Positions 16,267 through 18,002 of a DNA stretch of 18,002 bases are shown piece by piece. Location of the stretch: NCBI GenBank assembly GCA_044868695.1, contig JBIOWP010000064.1, forward strand, positions 1 through 18,002, written 5' to 3'. The notes beneath the pieces are model-generated. The model saw only the letters and a list, made by a program, of their open reading frames with translations, searched no databases and was not told the DNA's origin. Made by a program: the position numbers and the translations under genes. The first letter of the stretch is position 1, and each line of letters opens with the position of its first letter. This DNA comes from a bacterium. GTDB lineage: Bacteria; Sysuimicrobiota; Sysuimicrobiia; Sysuimicrobiales; Kaftiobacteriaceae.

Positions 16267-16715
16267 CTGCCCACAGCCCTCCAGAGCAGCCCGGCCGGCA
16301 GCGGCAGGTGCAGCAGGTTGACGAACAAGAGGTGAAACACCAGCCCTGCCAGGAAGGCGAGGACGACTGAGATTCCCCATCCTTCTCTGCCCTGGGCCCG
16401 CAGGTACCCGAGGACGAAGAGCGGCACGGCAGCCTGAAACCCCAGGAGGATCACCGCCCCAAACAGGCCGGCGATCCAGGCCGCGATCACGGCGGTCTTC
16501 CGTGTGTCAGGTTCCTCTTCATCGGCGGCCTCCGCCGGCAGTGCGGCGCCTCTAAGACAGAGCACGCTCTCCGCCGCGGCCAGCAGCAGCAGTGGCAGCG
16601 CGACGACGCGGGGGTAGAGCGCGGCCTTGATGCCCCAGCCGCGTGTTTCCAGCAACGCCCATCCCGCGACCAGGGCGACCGCTGCGCTAAAGAGGAACCG
16701 GCCGCTAACCCGCAC
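16263..16715 (-). CDS. tctB: Tripartite tricarboxylate transporter small permease, TctB family
   Basis: About 150 aa with 4-5 hydrophobic segments, YPRVV and C-terminal LFVNLLHLPLPAGLL. GTG 16715 has GGGAG 6 nt upstream. Overlaps the tctA stop. Confidence 0.8.
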   Translation of the reverse strand: MRVSGRFLFSAAVALVAGWALLETRGWGIKAALYPRVVALPLLLLAAAESVLCLRGAALPAEAADEEEPDTRKTAVIAAWIAGLFGAVILLGFQAAVPLFVLGYLRAQGREGWGISVVLAFLAGLVFHLLFVNLLHLPLPAGLLWRAVGR

Positions 16716-18002
16716 CGACAACTCCCGGCACGTCCGCCTTGGCCTCGGCGCGTCGCTGTTGAATAAGGGAAGAGACGATGACCGTGACGGTTAGGATGAA
16801 GAGGAGCACCACCACGGGGCGTGTCAACCAGGTGGCCCCATAGCGCGCGACCGAGATCCACAGATACCGTTCGGCGATTTCCCCGAGGACCAGACCCAGG
16901 ACCAGCGGCGCGCGCGGCCACCCGAATCGCACCATGAGATACCCGAGAGCGCCGAAGAACAGCATGACGATCACATCACCCAGGCTGTTGTTGTTGGTAT
17001 ACGAGCCAAGGAAGGTGAGTACGATTAGGAAGGGGATCAGCAGCGATCCGCGCACGGCGGTGATGCGCGCCAGCTGGTTCAGGAACACCAGGCTCGCGGT
17101 GACCGTGATGATATTGGCCAGGACGATCGTCCACACCATCGAGAGCGTCACGTTCAGGTGCCTGGTCAGCATGTCCGGTCCGGGCGTGAGGCCCACCAGC
17201 AGGAACCCTCCAAGTAGGATGGCCATCGCGGAACTGCCCGGAACGCCGAACGCGACCGTGGGAATCAGCGCTCCGCCTTCCTTCGAGTTGTTGGCGGCGC
17301 CCGGACCCAGGACGCCCCGGACGTCGCCGCGCCCGAAGCCCGTGCGGTCCTGCGGCGTTTTCCCGCTCTGTGCCGCGTGCGCGTAGGCGATCCACTGCGC
17401 CACACCGCCGCCCAGCCCCGGAATGATCCCGATGTACGTGCCGATAATGCTGCAGCGGATGGTGAGCCAGAAATGGCGGAAGGTGTCCTTGATCCCTTCC
17501 AGCACGCCGCCCAGCCGTCCGGTCGGCGCGGCTCCCGCGATCGCCGTCCCGCGGACCGCGAGGTCGATGATTTCGGGAATCGCAAAGAACCCGACCAGGG
17601 CAGGCACGAGGTCCAGCCCCTGCCAGAGGTAGAGCGTTCCAAATGTGAACCGGAGGTGCCCGGACTGCGGATCCGACCCCACCGCGGCGAAGAGCAGCCC
17701 CAGACACCCTCCCAGGAACCCGCGGATCATTGCCCGGGACCCGCGGGCACTGAGCGAGGCGATAAATGCGATGCCCAGGATGGACAGCATGAACAATTCA
17801 GGCGACCCGAACGCGAGCACCAGCGGTCGGACGACCGGGATGGCGAGCGCGAGCGCGGCAGCACCGACCAGCGCGCCGACCAGCGAGCTCATCAGCGCCG
17901 CCCCGAGCGCCCGTCCGGCCTCGCCCTTCTTGGCCATCGCATGTCCGTCGAGAATCGTGGCGGCGGTCGTGCCTTCGCCTGGAATACCGAAGAGGATTGA
18001 CG
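16705..18002 (-). CDS. tctA: Tripartite tricarboxylate transporter large permease, TctA family (5' end outside the window)
   Basis: The frame stays open beyond the track's ATG: SILFGIPGEGTTAATILDGHAMAKKGEAGRAL. Also GIIPGLGG, AANNSKEGGALIPTVAFGVPGS and GLTPGP. Confidence 0.93.
   Translation of the reverse strand, partial: SILFGIPGEGTTAATILDGHAMAKKGEAGRALGAALMSSLVGALVGAAALALAIPVVRPLVLAFGSPELFMLSILGIAFIASLSARGSRAMIRGFLGGCLGLLFAAVGSDPQSGHLRFTFGTLYLWQGLDLVPALVGFFAIPEIIDLAVRGTAIAGAAPTGRLGGVLEGIKDTFRHFWLTIRCSIIGTYIGIIPGLGGGVAQWIAYAHAAQSGKTPQDRTGFGRGDVRGVLGPGAANNSKEGGALIPTVAFGVPGSSAMAILLGGFLLVGLTPGPDMLTRHLNVTLSMVWTIVLANIITVTASLVFLNQLARITAVRGSLLIPFLIVLTFLGSYTNNNSLGDVIVMLFFGALGYLMVRFGWPRAPLVLGLVLGEIAERYLWISVARYGATWLTRPVVVLLFILTVTVIVSSLIQQRRAEAKADVPGVVGAG

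Noticed and set aside
1..18002. tRNA, rRNA, transposase, integrase or intrinsic terminators
   Set aside because: None recognised. Intergenic gaps are short, and I found no hairpin followed by a U-tract.

Overview
High-GC bacterial DNA, probably from a diderm because a TolC gene is present. There are three blocks. (1) 1-5973, minus strand: a tripartite efflux operon (TolC, membrane fusion protein, AcrB-family RND pump) followed by a small membrane-protein gene that is cut by the window edge. That gene ends, in frame, in a phosphofructokinase-like VPKTIDN motif. Upstream of the operon is a perfect TGTGA-N6-TCACA (CRP-type) site at class II (-41.5) spacing from an extended -10. (2) 6080-9550: a stand-alone receiver gene divergent from a NarL-family response regulator and a soluble PAS-GAF-HisKA_3 kinase, then a secreted Gly/Ser/Thr/Asn-repeat protein. 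Similar 16-bp inverted repeats lie in both intergenic regions. (3) 9547-18002, minus strand: a tightly coupled aromatic-catabolism operon, tctA-tctB-bicupin-(24-codon cupin remnant)-class II aldolase-fold protein-pcaC-pcaH-pcaG-pcaI-pcaJ-pcaB. The best candidate for an undescribed system is the TTT transporter + bicupin + aldolase-fold (possible decarboxylase) module coupled to protocatechuate ortho-cleavage. All calls come from reading motifs by eye; no database search was run.
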